A stretch of 64,000 nt of DNA, from contig CAWAKC010000001.1 of the NCBI GenBank assembly GCA_963782525.1, forward strand, positions 320,001 to 384,000. Reading direction: 5' to 3'. Below the pieces are notes generated by a model. The model did no database searches and was not told where the DNA came from. It saw nothing but the letters and a program-made list of their open reading frames with translations. This DNA is from Candidatus Bathyarchaeota archaeon (GTDB lineage Archaea > Thermoproteota > Bathyarchaeia > Bathyarchaeales > Bathycorpusculaceae). Shown here in pieces: positions 40,146 to 49,572 of this stretch. How positions within the stretch are numbered: position 1 is the stretch's first letter; each line of letters begins with the position of its first letter. The position numbers were made by a program, and so were the translations under genes.

Positions 40146-40280
40146 TCTCCCAAATGTTCAGTCAGGAACGATATAAAGGGGTAAAGAAGACAATTTAATG
40201 TTTGCGGAATAAACTTAGATGGGAGCAACACATCCAAATAAAGCAAAACCCTTTACAAAAGCTACCGCTCGGATGTCTTT

Positions 40281-41630
40281 CTAAGAACTGTGGAAGTTTT
40301 CAAATTGAGTCTTATAGTTGCTTTGTTTCCACAGAAAATCATAGGATTTATGCATTGGATCGAAATATTCGATGGTTTTGACGTATTGGTCGGGCACTAT
40401 CAGGATGAGACAGAAGTAACCGCCGTAATGCCTGCGGAAAGCCACCAATTTACCTAGAAACTCTATGAGGTTGGTTTTGATTCCGTGGGGTTCAAGCAGG
40501 ACTTTTCTGCCTTTGTCTGTTATTTGAGGTAGAAGAAAATCTGGTTTGTAAACAAAAAGAGCATTGTCCTTTGAAAGGCAGAACTCCATAAATTCGTAGT
40601 TGAAAATCACTTGTTTGCTCTTAAGAAAGTCGTAAACGTCGAGTTCCAAACCTGAGAAAGCGCCAGGGTCAATACGTTCCCCTATTCTGTTATAATGGTA
40701 AACGACAGTTAGGTAACGCATGAGCGGCTGCAGGAATTCTTCATGCTTGTGGATAAAAAAGTGCATTGATTTCTCCAAAGAGGCGGGAGTTAAGTCAGAG
40801 TACTCAAGCCATGTTCCCAAGATAAAGAATGGAAAATCAACTTTAGCTGGGTCTTCAGGAAACAGTGATTTCGCAAAGTTGGTCAACTTCTCTGCATCAG
40901 CATCGAATGCAGCGGTGTTTTCCCACCAGCTTTCGGGCTGATTTTTAATACTTAATTCAAACGGCAAGTTTTCGTTGTCACTCAGCCCCAACGCAGCATA
41001 GACCCTGTATTTGGGGGTAGTAAGTGAAACCATCAGGTCTTTGGGGTTGAATTTGAAGAGTGCCAAGTCAGGTGAGTTTCGAACCATCCAGCGCAGGTAC
41101 AGCCATGCTTTAGCCTTATGCTGTTTAGTCATCCGCTTAACGCTAAACGAAAGTTCCTTAACAAAATCCGCTGGTTTGCGCCCTTTTAGAGCTAACTTTT
41201 CAGAGTAACCGATGAGATTGCCAGGGGCTTTTTTCTCCACGAACTGGTTAACTGAGCAGATTACCTCTGCAATCTCAGCTTTTGCTTGTCCTAGATGGTC
41301 AAATTTTTCTGTTTGATGTTCAAACCGGTTAATTTCGGCTGCGAAGTCGGAAACGTTCTTTGCTGTGTATAATTTGGGTCCCAAAGCAGTGTAAAGTCTG
41401 TTAAGGAGCAGCCGTACGTTTCTGGGGTTCCCTGTTAGTTTGTAGTCGCTAAGCGCGGCTGCCAGCAAAAAATAGTGTGCTGCTTCCTGTTTGGCTTCAT
41501 CGCTGTTCAGCGGCATGAACCATGGTTTAGGGTTAAGGTATAAGTCAAGCTCTAAGTCCGGCACGCTGCTGTAAGTTTGAACGAATCGCATGATTAAGTC
41601 CTTTAAGTTGCTTGGAACCTCTTGCGGCAT
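40281..41630 (-). CDS. DUF2400-like (HhH-GPD fold) domain fused to PD-(D/E)xK-like nuclease
   Basis: KAWLYLRWMVR..PDL, DP.KVDFPFF; C-terminal YKPDFLL...LLEPHG. Confidence 0.65.
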   Translation of the reverse strand: MPQEVPSNLKDLIMRFVQTYSSVPDLELDLYLNPKPWFMPLNSDEAKQEAAHYFLLAAALSDYKLTGNPRNVRLLLNRLYTALGPKLYTAKNVSDFAAEINRFEHQTEKFDHLGQAKAEIAEVICSVNQFVEKKAPGNLIGYSEKLALKGRKPADFVKELSFSVKRMTKQHKAKAWLYLRWMVRNSPDLALFKFNPKDLMVSLTTPKYRVYAALGLSDNENLPFELSIKNQPESWWENTAAFDADAEKLTNFAKSLFPEDPAKVDFPFFILGTWLEYSDLTPASLEKSMHFFIHKHEEFLQPLMRYLTVVYHYNRIGERIDPGAFSGLELDVYDFLKSKQVIFNYEFMEFCLSKDNALFVYKPDFLLPQITDKGRKVLLEPHGIKTNLIEFLGKLVAFRRHYGGYFCLILIVPDQYVKTIEYFDPMHKSYDFLWKQSNYKTQFENFHSS

Positions 41631-41762
41631 ACTTACAAAGGTTGGCTGCTTAGTTTAATTGTTTTTCCAGGCAATCAGCTCAAAGAATCATTTTAGCTGA
41701 TATATGGAATCCGACAAGAGGGTTTATTTAGCCCATTTTCACCTAAATGGTTGGTTTTAGAA

Positions 41763-41849
41763 ATGCAGAAAATTGTTTTTGGTTTCGAAGAAGAAGATGA
41801 AGATTGCGACTGCGATTGCGACGACTGCGAAGAAGAAGATGAAGAGTAA
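41763..41849 (+). CDS. 28-aa acidic Cys-rich micropeptide, not in the ORF track
   Basis: MQKIVFGFEEEDEDCDCDCDDCEEEDEE; TTTATTA TATA-like box ~35 nt upstream. Confidence 0.55.
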   Translation: MQKIVFGFEEEDEDCDCDCDDCEEEDEE

Positions 41850-41904
41850 ACGCCTGCAAAACAAACGATGAAGCACCGAACAATAAACTTCTTTTTTCTT
41901 TAGT

Positions 41905-42516
41905 CTAAATTGTTCTTTTTGCACCACAGTTAGGGCACACAGTCAACGTTTGATCCATTAAGCCTTGGCAGTACTTGCATGGAATCATGACAACGGTTCG
42001 GATGATTTCTCTTTGCACTGTTGCCGCTTGAGCCTGCACAGTTGGCGCTATAACTTGGATTTCACTGGTTTGGGTCACCTTGTCGGGTCTGCCGTCTACT
42101 GCTAATACGCCTTTTATGGTCCATGTAACCCGTCGATCTACACCCGAATAGGTTGGTCTTGCACCTGCTGGAATGTTAATGTTAACTGGGACGCTGCGGT
42201 TTTCGCCGTTTGCAAAATGTGAGGGTCCGGAAAGTGCGGGTTTTGCACTGTAAATAACAGCTGTTTGATCTACAACTTGGGGAATGGATCTTTTTAGTGC
42301 GGGGTCGTAGACTTCTTTGATGACTTTAGCCTGTTCAATGCAGGCAATTTCGCATCTAACTTCTATGACATCGAATTCTTCTTTTGAAGCGATGTTGAGG
42401 GTTCCTTGAAGGTTGTCTCCTAACGTTACGGAGTGGTTGTTAAACATTAATTGGACAGTCGCGTCTGGGGCGGTGAGGTGGTTTGTGAATTTTTTGAATA
42501 ACCCCATAGGTAACAC
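41905..42516 (-). CDS. Spo0M/arrestin-N-like protein with C-terminal zinc ribbon
   Basis: LGDNLQGTLNI...NIPAGARPTY...VTWTIKG; CKYC and CPNC. Confidence 0.7.
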   Translation of the reverse strand: MLPMGLFKKFTNHLTAPDATVQLMFNNHSVTLGDNLQGTLNIASKEEFDVIEVRCEIACIEQAKVIKEVYDPALKRSIPQVVDQTAVIYSAKPALSGPSHFANGENRSVPVNINIPAGARPTYSGVDRRVTWTIKGVLAVDGRPDKVTQTSEIQVIAPTVQAQAATVQREIIRTVVMIPCKYCQGLMDQTLTVCPNCGAKRTI

Positions 42517-42744
42517 CAGTCGTTGGTGGCTCGTTTATTCTGATTTCGCACTTTTAAGATTTGTGAATAGATCCTTAACTTTTGTTTTGGATGGGTGTGA
42601 GTTTGTGAGCAAAACGATGCGAAGACCCCTTCCTTGCCATTAAAACCTACGTATGTGTGTAGTACTGGCCCTCAACCTGTAAATTGTTTATATGGATTGT
42701 TTATACAATTTGTATATACAACAGCTTTATTTTTTGGCTAATTT

Positions 42745-42940
42745 CTTTTTTGTTTTGGTGGTTTGGTTGATTGTTGTTGCGACCAGTGTGCAGAATGCAG
42801 TTGTAACAACAACAACTTCTCTGGGCTTGTGCAGGCTCAACCACTAAACCTTCAAAAGAGCAAATACTGCAATTTGGGTTTAGTCTTGATAGATGATACT
42901 GTTGATGCGCAAAATTCGTTTGCATCATCATCAACTTCCG
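42745..42940 (-). repeat. Second pair of hairpin repeat units (B then A on the minus strand)
   Basis: Reverse complement aligns to 4577-4656 and ~4700-4767. Confidence 0.65.
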
Positions 42941-43004
42941 TTGGTTTTTTTGGATTTGGTTAAAACCCGCAAATTAAAATCAAGGTTCTGAAATACTTGA
43001 AACC

Positions 43005-43472
43005 TTAGCTTTCTTGTTCTCGTATAATTAAGCAGTCATGCACTGTGGCTATGAGTTCTTCGGGTTTAACTGGTTTGACTAAAAAGTCGTCTGCCCCATA
43101 ATCCGCAGCTCTTTTTCCAATTTCGCCGGTGGAGAACCCTGTAACGATGATCTTGATGATTTTAGTATCATTCACCATATTCAATAGAATGTCAGTGCCG
43201 TCCATATCGGGAAGCCTAACATCAACTAAACATACATCAAACTTTTCATGGTTAATTTTTTCCAAAGCAGCCATACCCGTCTCAGCCGTCTCAACAACGT
43301 ACCCTTCCCGCTCCAAAATACTCTTAAAAACCCTCAAGATACCTAGATCATCGTCCACTACAAGAATCCGCTTCTTTTCCGCACGCTTCTCTTTTGTATT
43401 CTGAACTACCAAAGTTATGCCTTCAATCTGCAGAAAATCTTCACTTGTTGAAAGGACAGGAATGCTGAACAT
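43005..43472 (-). CDS. Stand-alone response-regulator receiver protein
   Basis: ILVVDDD, LVDVRLPDMDG, VTG, FLVKPV. Confidence 0.9.
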   Translation of the reverse strand: MFSIPVLSTSEDFLQIEGITLVVQNTKEKRAEKKRILVVDDDLGILRVFKSILEREGYVVETAETGMAALEKINHEKFDVCLVDVRLPDMDGTDILLNMVNDTKIIKIIVTGFSTGEIGKRAADYGADDFLVKPVKPEELIATVHDCLIIREQES

Positions 43473-43500
43473 GGATTTATCCTTAAAAAGATGAGTATGT

Positions 43501-43779
43501 TTAGGCCCAACTTCTAAGAGGCGCCAACGGAACAGTCCTCATCGCAACCACACCATCAATGGGGCGCACAATGTCACCGGCAAAATGCAGCGCATTCTCA
43601 TTAGTATCCGCCTCAAAAAGAACCGCAAAATCCCATTTGCCAAACACCTGATAAGCCTCCTGCAGCTTAACACCGCCCATCGGTTTGTCTTTCCACTTCA
43701 TTATTTCAGCATACAGCTTTCCTGATCCCGCAGAACCCAACTTTATGAAAGAAATGTACTTCTGTGTTGATTTTTCCAA
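43501..43779 (-). CDS. GYD-domain / Lrp-AsnC C-terminal-like protein
   Basis: GVKL..AYQVFGKWDFAVLFEA. Confidence 0.75.
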   Translation of the reverse strand: MEKSTQKYISFIKLGSAGSGKLYAEIMKWKDKPMGGVKLQEAYQVFGKWDFAVLFEADTNENALHFAGDIVRPIDGVVAMRTVPLAPLRSWA

Positions 43780-43863
43780 TTAAAACACCAATTAATGAAA
43801 ACTATGTAGTTACCGCTTTAAAGGGTATGTGGCTGGCTAACCACAACAACAGAATGGGATTTT

Positions 43864-44844
43864 TCAAAACTTTGTTAAATCGACTCTCAAACGCTCGGAT
43901 AGCTTAGGCAAGTCGTTTAGTATGTAGACAAACACGTTGCCTCTCCAATCGCCCCATCTTTTTATTGCCTCATCTTTGAGTGCGGGTATTGCATCTCGTG
44001 GGTTTTCAGGTGTTTTAGCATTGAATAGTACACTGAAGATTTTGGCGCTCCAAACATCGATTGGAAAACCTGTTCGTGGCATCACCAATTCAGCTGAGTA
44101 TTCGCCGATTCCCTGCAAGGTCATCAGTTTCTTTTTTGCTTCTTTGGGCGCCATACTATATAGCTCATCCATGCTGGAAAAGCCTTGAATTAGGGCAGTT
44201 GCGATAGCTTTGAGGTTTTTGGCTCTGTAGCCCAGTTTAGCTTTCTCTTTTAACACTTCAACCGGCGTTTTAGCAATGGTTTGGGCTGAAGGCCAGTAAC
44301 GGATGGTTTTTGCGTCGAACCTCACTTCGACGCCAAAATACTCCATCAACCAATCCATCATTTGGTTACTCCTCTTCATAGGCGCCATCTGTAGAGAAAC
44401 CGCCAAGATCAACGCTGGAAAAAGTTCAGGCCAACCAACCGTATGCATGCCATACAGGTCCTTGACGACGCCCTGCAGGATCGGGTCTTTTTGGCTGAGC
44501 TCATAGAAACCAGTCAGGTCCTCATCCACTTTTAGCGCTCTCTTCAACATCCGCGTTATTTTCTGTTTCTTGGAATCAATCGTTTTTGTTTGAGAATAGA
44601 CTGTGCAATTTATACGCGGTTTATGAACTGTTCCTATAGAATGCAGTTTCAAACCCAAGAGTTCGCCGTTAAAACGCGCTACGCTCCAGCAAGTACCATT
44701 CTCGCAGCTTTCTTCGGGAGTAGACCAGAACCAACCTGCAGGCTTGCGGAGGGTAAGCTCAAAGTTGTAGGGTGGAATCGCTTCAAACTCAATGTTGAAC
44801 ACGTCTTTTAGGTTCAATATTAAACCTCGACTATACAGATTCAA
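43864..44844 (-). CDS. AlkA/OGG-family DNA glycosylase (HhH-GPD)
   Basis: KLGYRAK, LQGIGEYSAE, FPIDVW, WG.WRG. Confidence 0.88.
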   Translation of the reverse strand: MNLYSRGLILNLKDVFNIEFEAIPPYNFELTLRKPAGWFWSTPEESCENGTCWSVARFNGELLGLKLHSIGTVHKPRINCTVYSQTKTIDSKKQKITRMLKRALKVDEDLTGFYELSQKDPILQGVVKDLYGMHTVGWPELFPALILAVSLQMAPMKRSNQMMDWLMEYFGVEVRFDAKTIRYWPSAQTIAKTPVEVLKEKAKLGYRAKNLKAIATALIQGFSSMDELYSMAPKEAKKKLMTLQGIGEYSAELVMPRTGFPIDVWSAKIFSVLFNAKTPENPRDAIPALKDEAIKRWGDWRGNVFVYILNDLPKLSERLRVDLTKF

Positions 44845-45074
44845 GCAGGAACCGACATAAAAATAAAGCCTGCAGGGTGATGATGCATTTTTTTTAATCA
44901 GGGCTTAATCAGGAAGTTTCGGGCTGAAGTTTCACATAATATTTGTTTTTCTCAGAGTTGGAGATTAAGTAGCAAATTTTAGGGGATTTGTTTAGGTAAA
45001 CTCTCTTTGTACTGTAAATTGACAACCTTTATATTTCTATAAGAAAGTCAAATCTTTACAAAGGATGGACGATT

Positions 45075-47012
45075 ATGGGCAAATCCCTTACACGTAAAAT
45101 TCTTGAAAAACATTTGGTGATAGGCGATTACGTTCCTGGAAGCGAAATAGGCATAAAAATTGATCAAACTCTCACACAAGATGCCACAGGAACAATGGCG
45201 TACCTGCAGTTCGAGGCTATGGGTCTTAAACAGGTCAAGACGGAGCTTTCTGTCAGCTATATAGACCACAACACTATCCAAGTCGGTTTCGAAAATGCAG
45301 ATGACCACAAGTACCTGCAGACAGTAGCCGCCAAATATGGCATAATATACTCCAAGGCAGGCAACGGGATATGCCATCAAGTTCACTTGGAGAGGTTCGG
45401 CAAACCCGGCAAGACGCTACTTGGCTCAGACAGTCACACAACCACTGGAGGCGGCATTGGTATGATAGCCATCGGGGCTGGTGGATTAGACGTTGCTGTC
45501 GCGATGGGTGGCGGCGAGTTCTACTTAACATGCCCAAAAGTCTACAAAATAAACCTCAAAGGAGCCCTCCAACCATGGGTTAGCGCTAAAGATGTAGTCC
45601 TCAAGATGCTTGAGATTTTCACTGTGAAAGGCAACGTTGGCGTCGTAATCGAGTATGCTGGCCCAGGCGTAGGCAACCTTACTGTTCCAGAGCGAGCCAC
45701 AATCACCAACATGGGTGCAGAGATGGGTGTCACAACCTCCATATTCCCCTCAGATGAAGAAACAAAACGATTTCTCAAGGCACAGGGCAGGGAAGCAGAC
45801 TGGGTTGAGCTAATGGCTGATGACGACGCTGAATACGACAAGGTCATAGAGATAGACCTTAACACAATTGAACCTCTTGCAGCAGCGCCACATAGCCCAG
45901 GCAACGTCGTTAAAGTCAGCGACATAAAAGACTTAAAAATTGACCAAATTATGCTTGGTTCTTGCACTAACTCATCCTACAAAGAAATAGCAACCGCAGC
46001 CAAAATCATGAAGGGCAAAAAAGTTCACCCTGACGTTTCCTTCGGTGTTGCGCCGGGTTCGCGACAAGTGCTGCAGATGGCGACGAAAGACGGTTACATC
46101 GGAGATCTGCTGGATTCAGGCGCTAGATTACTTGAAGCGACATGTGGATTCTGTATCGGCAACAGCCAAAGCCCCAAATCAACAGGTGTTTCACTTCGAA
46201 CAAGTAACAGAAACTTTGAAGGAAGAAGCGGCACCGCAGACGCACAAGTTTACCTTGTCAGCCCCGAAGTTGCAGCGGTATCCGCAATCACGGGCAAGTT
46301 AACCGACCCTCGAAGCGCAGACATCGCCTACCCCAAAGTTGACATGCCCAGCGAATTCCTCGTTGACGACTCCATGTTCATCTTCCCCAAAGACGCAGAC
46401 AAAAACGTTGAAGTCATCAGGGGGCCCAACATCGGCGCTCCGCCAGTCAACGATAAGATGCCTGATGAAATCAAAGGTTTAGTCGGCATAAAAGTAGGCG
46501 ACAAAATCACAACCGACCACATCATGCCCGCAGGAGCCAGACTCAAATACCGCTCCAACGTACCTGAATACTCAAAATACGTTTTTGAACCCATTGACAA
46601 GGATTTCCCAAGACGCGCCATGGAAGCCAAGAAGAATGGCCTAGCTACAATCGTTGTGGCAGGCGAATCCTATGGACAGGGAAGCTCACGGGAACACGCT
46701 GCGTTATGCCCAATGTATCTGGGCGTCAAGGCAATCATAGCTAAATCCGTCGAGCGCATACACGCCGCCAACCTAGTCAACTTTGGCATAATCTCGCTTT
46801 CCTTTAAGAACATGGCTGATTACGACAAACTAGAACAAGGAGACGAGATTGAACTTCCCGACCTCAAAGCGAAACTACAGAATAACGAGCCAGTCACCTT
46901 AGTAGATAAGACCAAGAATCTTAAAATTGAGCTTGGTTACAATCTTTCCAAAAGGCAGAAAGATATTCTCTTTGAAGGCGGCTTGCTACCTTACACTGTA
47001 AAAGGAAAATAG
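45075..47012 (+). CDS. acn: Aconitate hydratase
   Basis: TQDATG, GICHQVH, GSDSHT, GSCTN, CGFCIG, NRNFEGR, GSSREHA. Confidence 0.93.
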   Translation: MGKSLTRKILEKHLVIGDYVPGSEIGIKIDQTLTQDATGTMAYLQFEAMGLKQVKTELSVSYIDHNTIQVGFENADDHKYLQTVAAKYGIIYSKAGNGICHQVHLERFGKPGKTLLGSDSHTTTGGGIGMIAIGAGGLDVAVAMGGGEFYLTCPKVYKINLKGALQPWVSAKDVVLKMLEIFTVKGNVGVVIEYAGPGVGNLTVPERATITNMGAEMGVTTSIFPSDEETKRFLKAQGREADWVELMADDDAEYDKVIEIDLNTIEPLAAAPHSPGNVVKVSDIKDLKIDQIMLGSCTNSSYKEIATAAKIMKGKKVHPDVSFGVAPGSRQVLQMATKDGYIGDLLDSGARLLEATCGFCIGNSQSPKSTGVSLRTSNRNFEGRSGTADAQVYLVSPEVAAVSAITGKLTDPRSADIAYPKVDMPSEFLVDDSMFIFPKDADKNVEVIRGPNIGAPPVNDKMPDEIKGLVGIKVGDKITTDHIMPAGARLKYRSNVPEYSKYVFEPIDKDFPRRAMEAKKNGLATIVVAGESYGQGSSREHAALCPMYLGVKAIIAKSVERIHAANLVNFGIISLSFKNMADYDKLEQGDEIELPDLKAKLQNNEPVTLVDKTKNLKIELGYNLSKRQKDILFEGGLLPYTVKGK

Positions 47013-47028
47013 AGAGGAGGATTTTCTA

Positions 47029-48246
47029 ATGCAAAAAATTGAAGTGAAAACCCCAATTGTAGAAATCGACGGAGACGAAATGACACGGGTAATGTGGAAG
47101 ATGGTTAAAGACCAGCTTCTTTTGCCCTTCCTAGACATGAACCGTGAATACTATGACCTTCAGCTAAAAAAAAGAGACGAAACAGACGACAAAATAACAC
47201 TTGAAGCTGCAGAAGCCATAAAAAAATACGGCGTCGGAGTCAAATGCGCAACCATCACGCCCAACAAGGACAGAGTTAAAGAATACAACCTCAAAAAAGA
47301 ATGGAGCAGCCCCAACGGAACAATCCGAGCCGTACTTGACGGCACCGTATTTAGGGCACCTATTTTAGTCAACAATGTTTTGCCAGCTGTCAGGTCTTGG
47401 AAGAAACCCATTCACATCGGAAGACACGCCTACGGTGACGTATACAAAAACTGTGAGTATAGGGTGCCAGAGGCGGGAAAAGCGGAAATGGTCTTCACAA
47501 GCGCCGTGGGCAAGGAACTCTGGCGAGGAACCATCCAGGACTTCAAGGGTCCAGGTATCATTCAAGGCATTCACAACACTGACAAATCCATAGCCAGCTT
47601 CGCCAAAGCCTGCTTCACTTATGCCTATGATCAGAAGCTTCAATTATGGTTCGGTGCAAAAGATACGATTTCTAAAACTTACGATGCTCAGTTCCGCAAG
47701 ATTTTCGATGAGGAATATCAAAGTAACTGGAAAGGCAAATTCGAGCAGGCAGGTCTTGAGTATTTCTTTACCCTAATCGACGATGCAGTAGCCAGAATAA
47801 TGAAGACTGAAGGCGGTTTGCTGTGGGCATGCAAGAACTATGATGGCGACGTTATGAGTGACTTACTGGGCTCAGCCTATGGCAGCTTGGCGATGATGAC
47901 CTCTGTGCTTGTAAGCCCTCAGGGATACTACGAATTCGAAGCCTCCCATGGCACAGTGCAAAAACATTATTACAAACATTTGAAAGGCGAAAAGACTTCC
48001 ACAAATCCTACAGCTCTGATATTTGCTTGGACGGGATGTCTCAGAAAAAGAGGCGAATTAGACAAGACTCCCAAAGTCGTGGAATTCGCAGATAAACTAG
48101 AAGAGGCAACTATTGAGACAATTGAGGGCGGCATAATGACAAGTGATCTAATGCTTGTCGCCATACCTAACCAGAATAATAGGCAGGTTACAACCGAAGA
48201 GTTCATTGATCATGTTGCGAAAAAACTTCAAAAGAAACTCAAATAG
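47029..48246 (+). CDS. icd: NADP-dependent isocitrate dehydrogenase (eukaryote-like type)
   Basis: [36 protein letters not shown]. Confidence 0.95.
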   Translation: MQKIEVKTPIVEIDGDEMTRVMWKMVKDQLLLPFLDMNREYYDLQLKKRDETDDKITLEAAEAIKKYGVGVKCATITPNKDRVKEYNLKKEWSSPNGTIRAVLDGTVFRAPILVNNVLPAVRSWKKPIHIGRHAYGDVYKNCEYRVPEAGKAEMVFTSAVGKELWRGTIQDFKGPGIIQGIHNTDKSIASFAKACFTYAYDQKLQLWFGAKDTISKTYDAQFRKIFDEEYQSNWKGKFEQAGLEYFFTLIDDAVARIMKTEGGLLWACKNYDGDVMSDLLGSAYGSLAMMTSVLVSPQGYYEFEASHGTVQKHYYKHLKGEKTSTNPTALIFAWTGCLRKRGELDKTPKVVEFADKLEEATIETIEGGIMTSDLMLVAIPNQNNRQVTTEEFIDHVAKKLQKKLK

Positions 48247-48257
48247 AGGAAAACACA

Positions 48258-49571
48258 ATGGCCCATAAAGCAATCCGGGAAGCAGACGGCATGCGTATGC
48301 TTGCACGCCTGCTAAAAGATTATTCTGCTGGAAAATACGAGGTCTCCGACAAAATCGTCACTGTCACACCAGAGACGAACATGGCAGAGCTGCAAAAACA
48401 GAACCCGTGGTTAACAAGTGAGAAACTAGTCGTTAAACCCGACCAACTGATTAAGCGAAGAGGAAAGAACAAACTGGTTCTCGTCAACGTAAATTTTGAC
48501 CAGGCAAAAGCATGGATCAAAGAAAAATCAACTAAACCCATATCAATCTACGGCACTTTCGACAGTGACGGAAAACCCCTAGATAAAGGAATCACCGGAC
48601 AACTTACCCACTTCATAATCAAACCGTGTGCCTTCTACAAGGAATCTGACGAATGCTATGTCGCAATAATGTCAACTAAGGATGGCGACACTATCATGTT
48701 CTACCATCAAGGCGGCGTAAATGTCGGAGATGTCGACAGCAAAGCATCACGCTTGGAAGTTCCCATCGGCACCTACCCCACAGCCCAAGAAATCGAGAAG
48801 GAACTCCTCGAGAAACTGTCCGCGAACCGCAAAGCACGCGTTGCCGGCTTCATCGAAGCCCTATTCAAATTCTATGCTGACCTAAACTTCACCTACTTGG
48901 AAATTAACCCTGTCGCAGTCACCGAAGACGCCGTTATTCCGCTGGATCTTGCCGCGAAATTAGACAGCACCGCTCAGTTCGAAAGCGGCGAGAAATGGGG
49001 AAAAATAGAGTTTCCGGCGCCCTTCGGTCGCACTCCCACAGAGGAAGAGGCTTTTATTGAAGAATTAGATTCAAAAACTGGGGCATCACTCAAGTTAACT
49101 GTGCTCAATCCTGAAGGCAGAGTCTGGACAATGGTTGCTGGCGGCGGAGCATCAGTCATATTCGCAGACACAATCACCGATCTCGGCTTCATGTGTGAGC
49201 TGGCGAATTACGGCGAGTATTCAGGGGACCCAAGTGAGGAATTCACCTACCTCTACGCCAAAACAATCCTTAGTCTCATGACAAAAACCATGAATCCAAA
49301 AGGCAAGATCTTGCTCATCGGAGGCGGAATAGCAAATTTCACTGATGTAGCGGCTACATTTAAGGGCATAATCAGGGCGCTCGAGGAGTATCAAAAAAAC
49401 CTCCAAGAAAACATGGTCAAGATTTTTGTCCGCAGGGGAGGACCAAATTATCAGGAAGGGCTCAAGAAGATGAGAGCGCTCGGCGAGAAACTAGGTATAC
49501 CTGTTGAAGTGTATGGACCAGAGACTCACATGACCAGAATTGTTTCTATGGCGTTAAAAGGAGGAGACTAA
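48258..49571 (+). CDS. aclB: ATP-citrate lyase, ATP-grasp (beta) subunit
   Basis: KAIRE, VVKPDQLIKRRGK, WTMVAGGGAS, NYGEYSG, IGGGIANFT, RRGGPNY. Confidence 0.93.
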   Translation: MAHKAIREADGMRMLARLLKDYSAGKYEVSDKIVTVTPETNMAELQKQNPWLTSEKLVVKPDQLIKRRGKNKLVLVNVNFDQAKAWIKEKSTKPISIYGTFDSDGKPLDKGITGQLTHFIIKPCAFYKESDECYVAIMSTKDGDTIMFYHQGGVNVGDVDSKASRLEVPIGTYPTAQEIEKELLEKLSANRKARVAGFIEALFKFYADLNFTYLEINPVAVTEDAVIPLDLAAKLDSTAQFESGEKWGKIEFPAPFGRTPTEEEAFIEELDSKTGASLKLTVLNPEGRVWTMVAGGGASVIFADTITDLGFMCELANYGEYSGDPSEEFTYLYAKTILSLMTKTMNPKGKILLIGGGIANFTDVAATFKGIIRALEEYQKNLQENMVKIFVRRGGPNYQEGLKKMRALGEKLGIPVEVYGPETHMTRIVSMALKGGD

Positions 49572-49572
49572 A

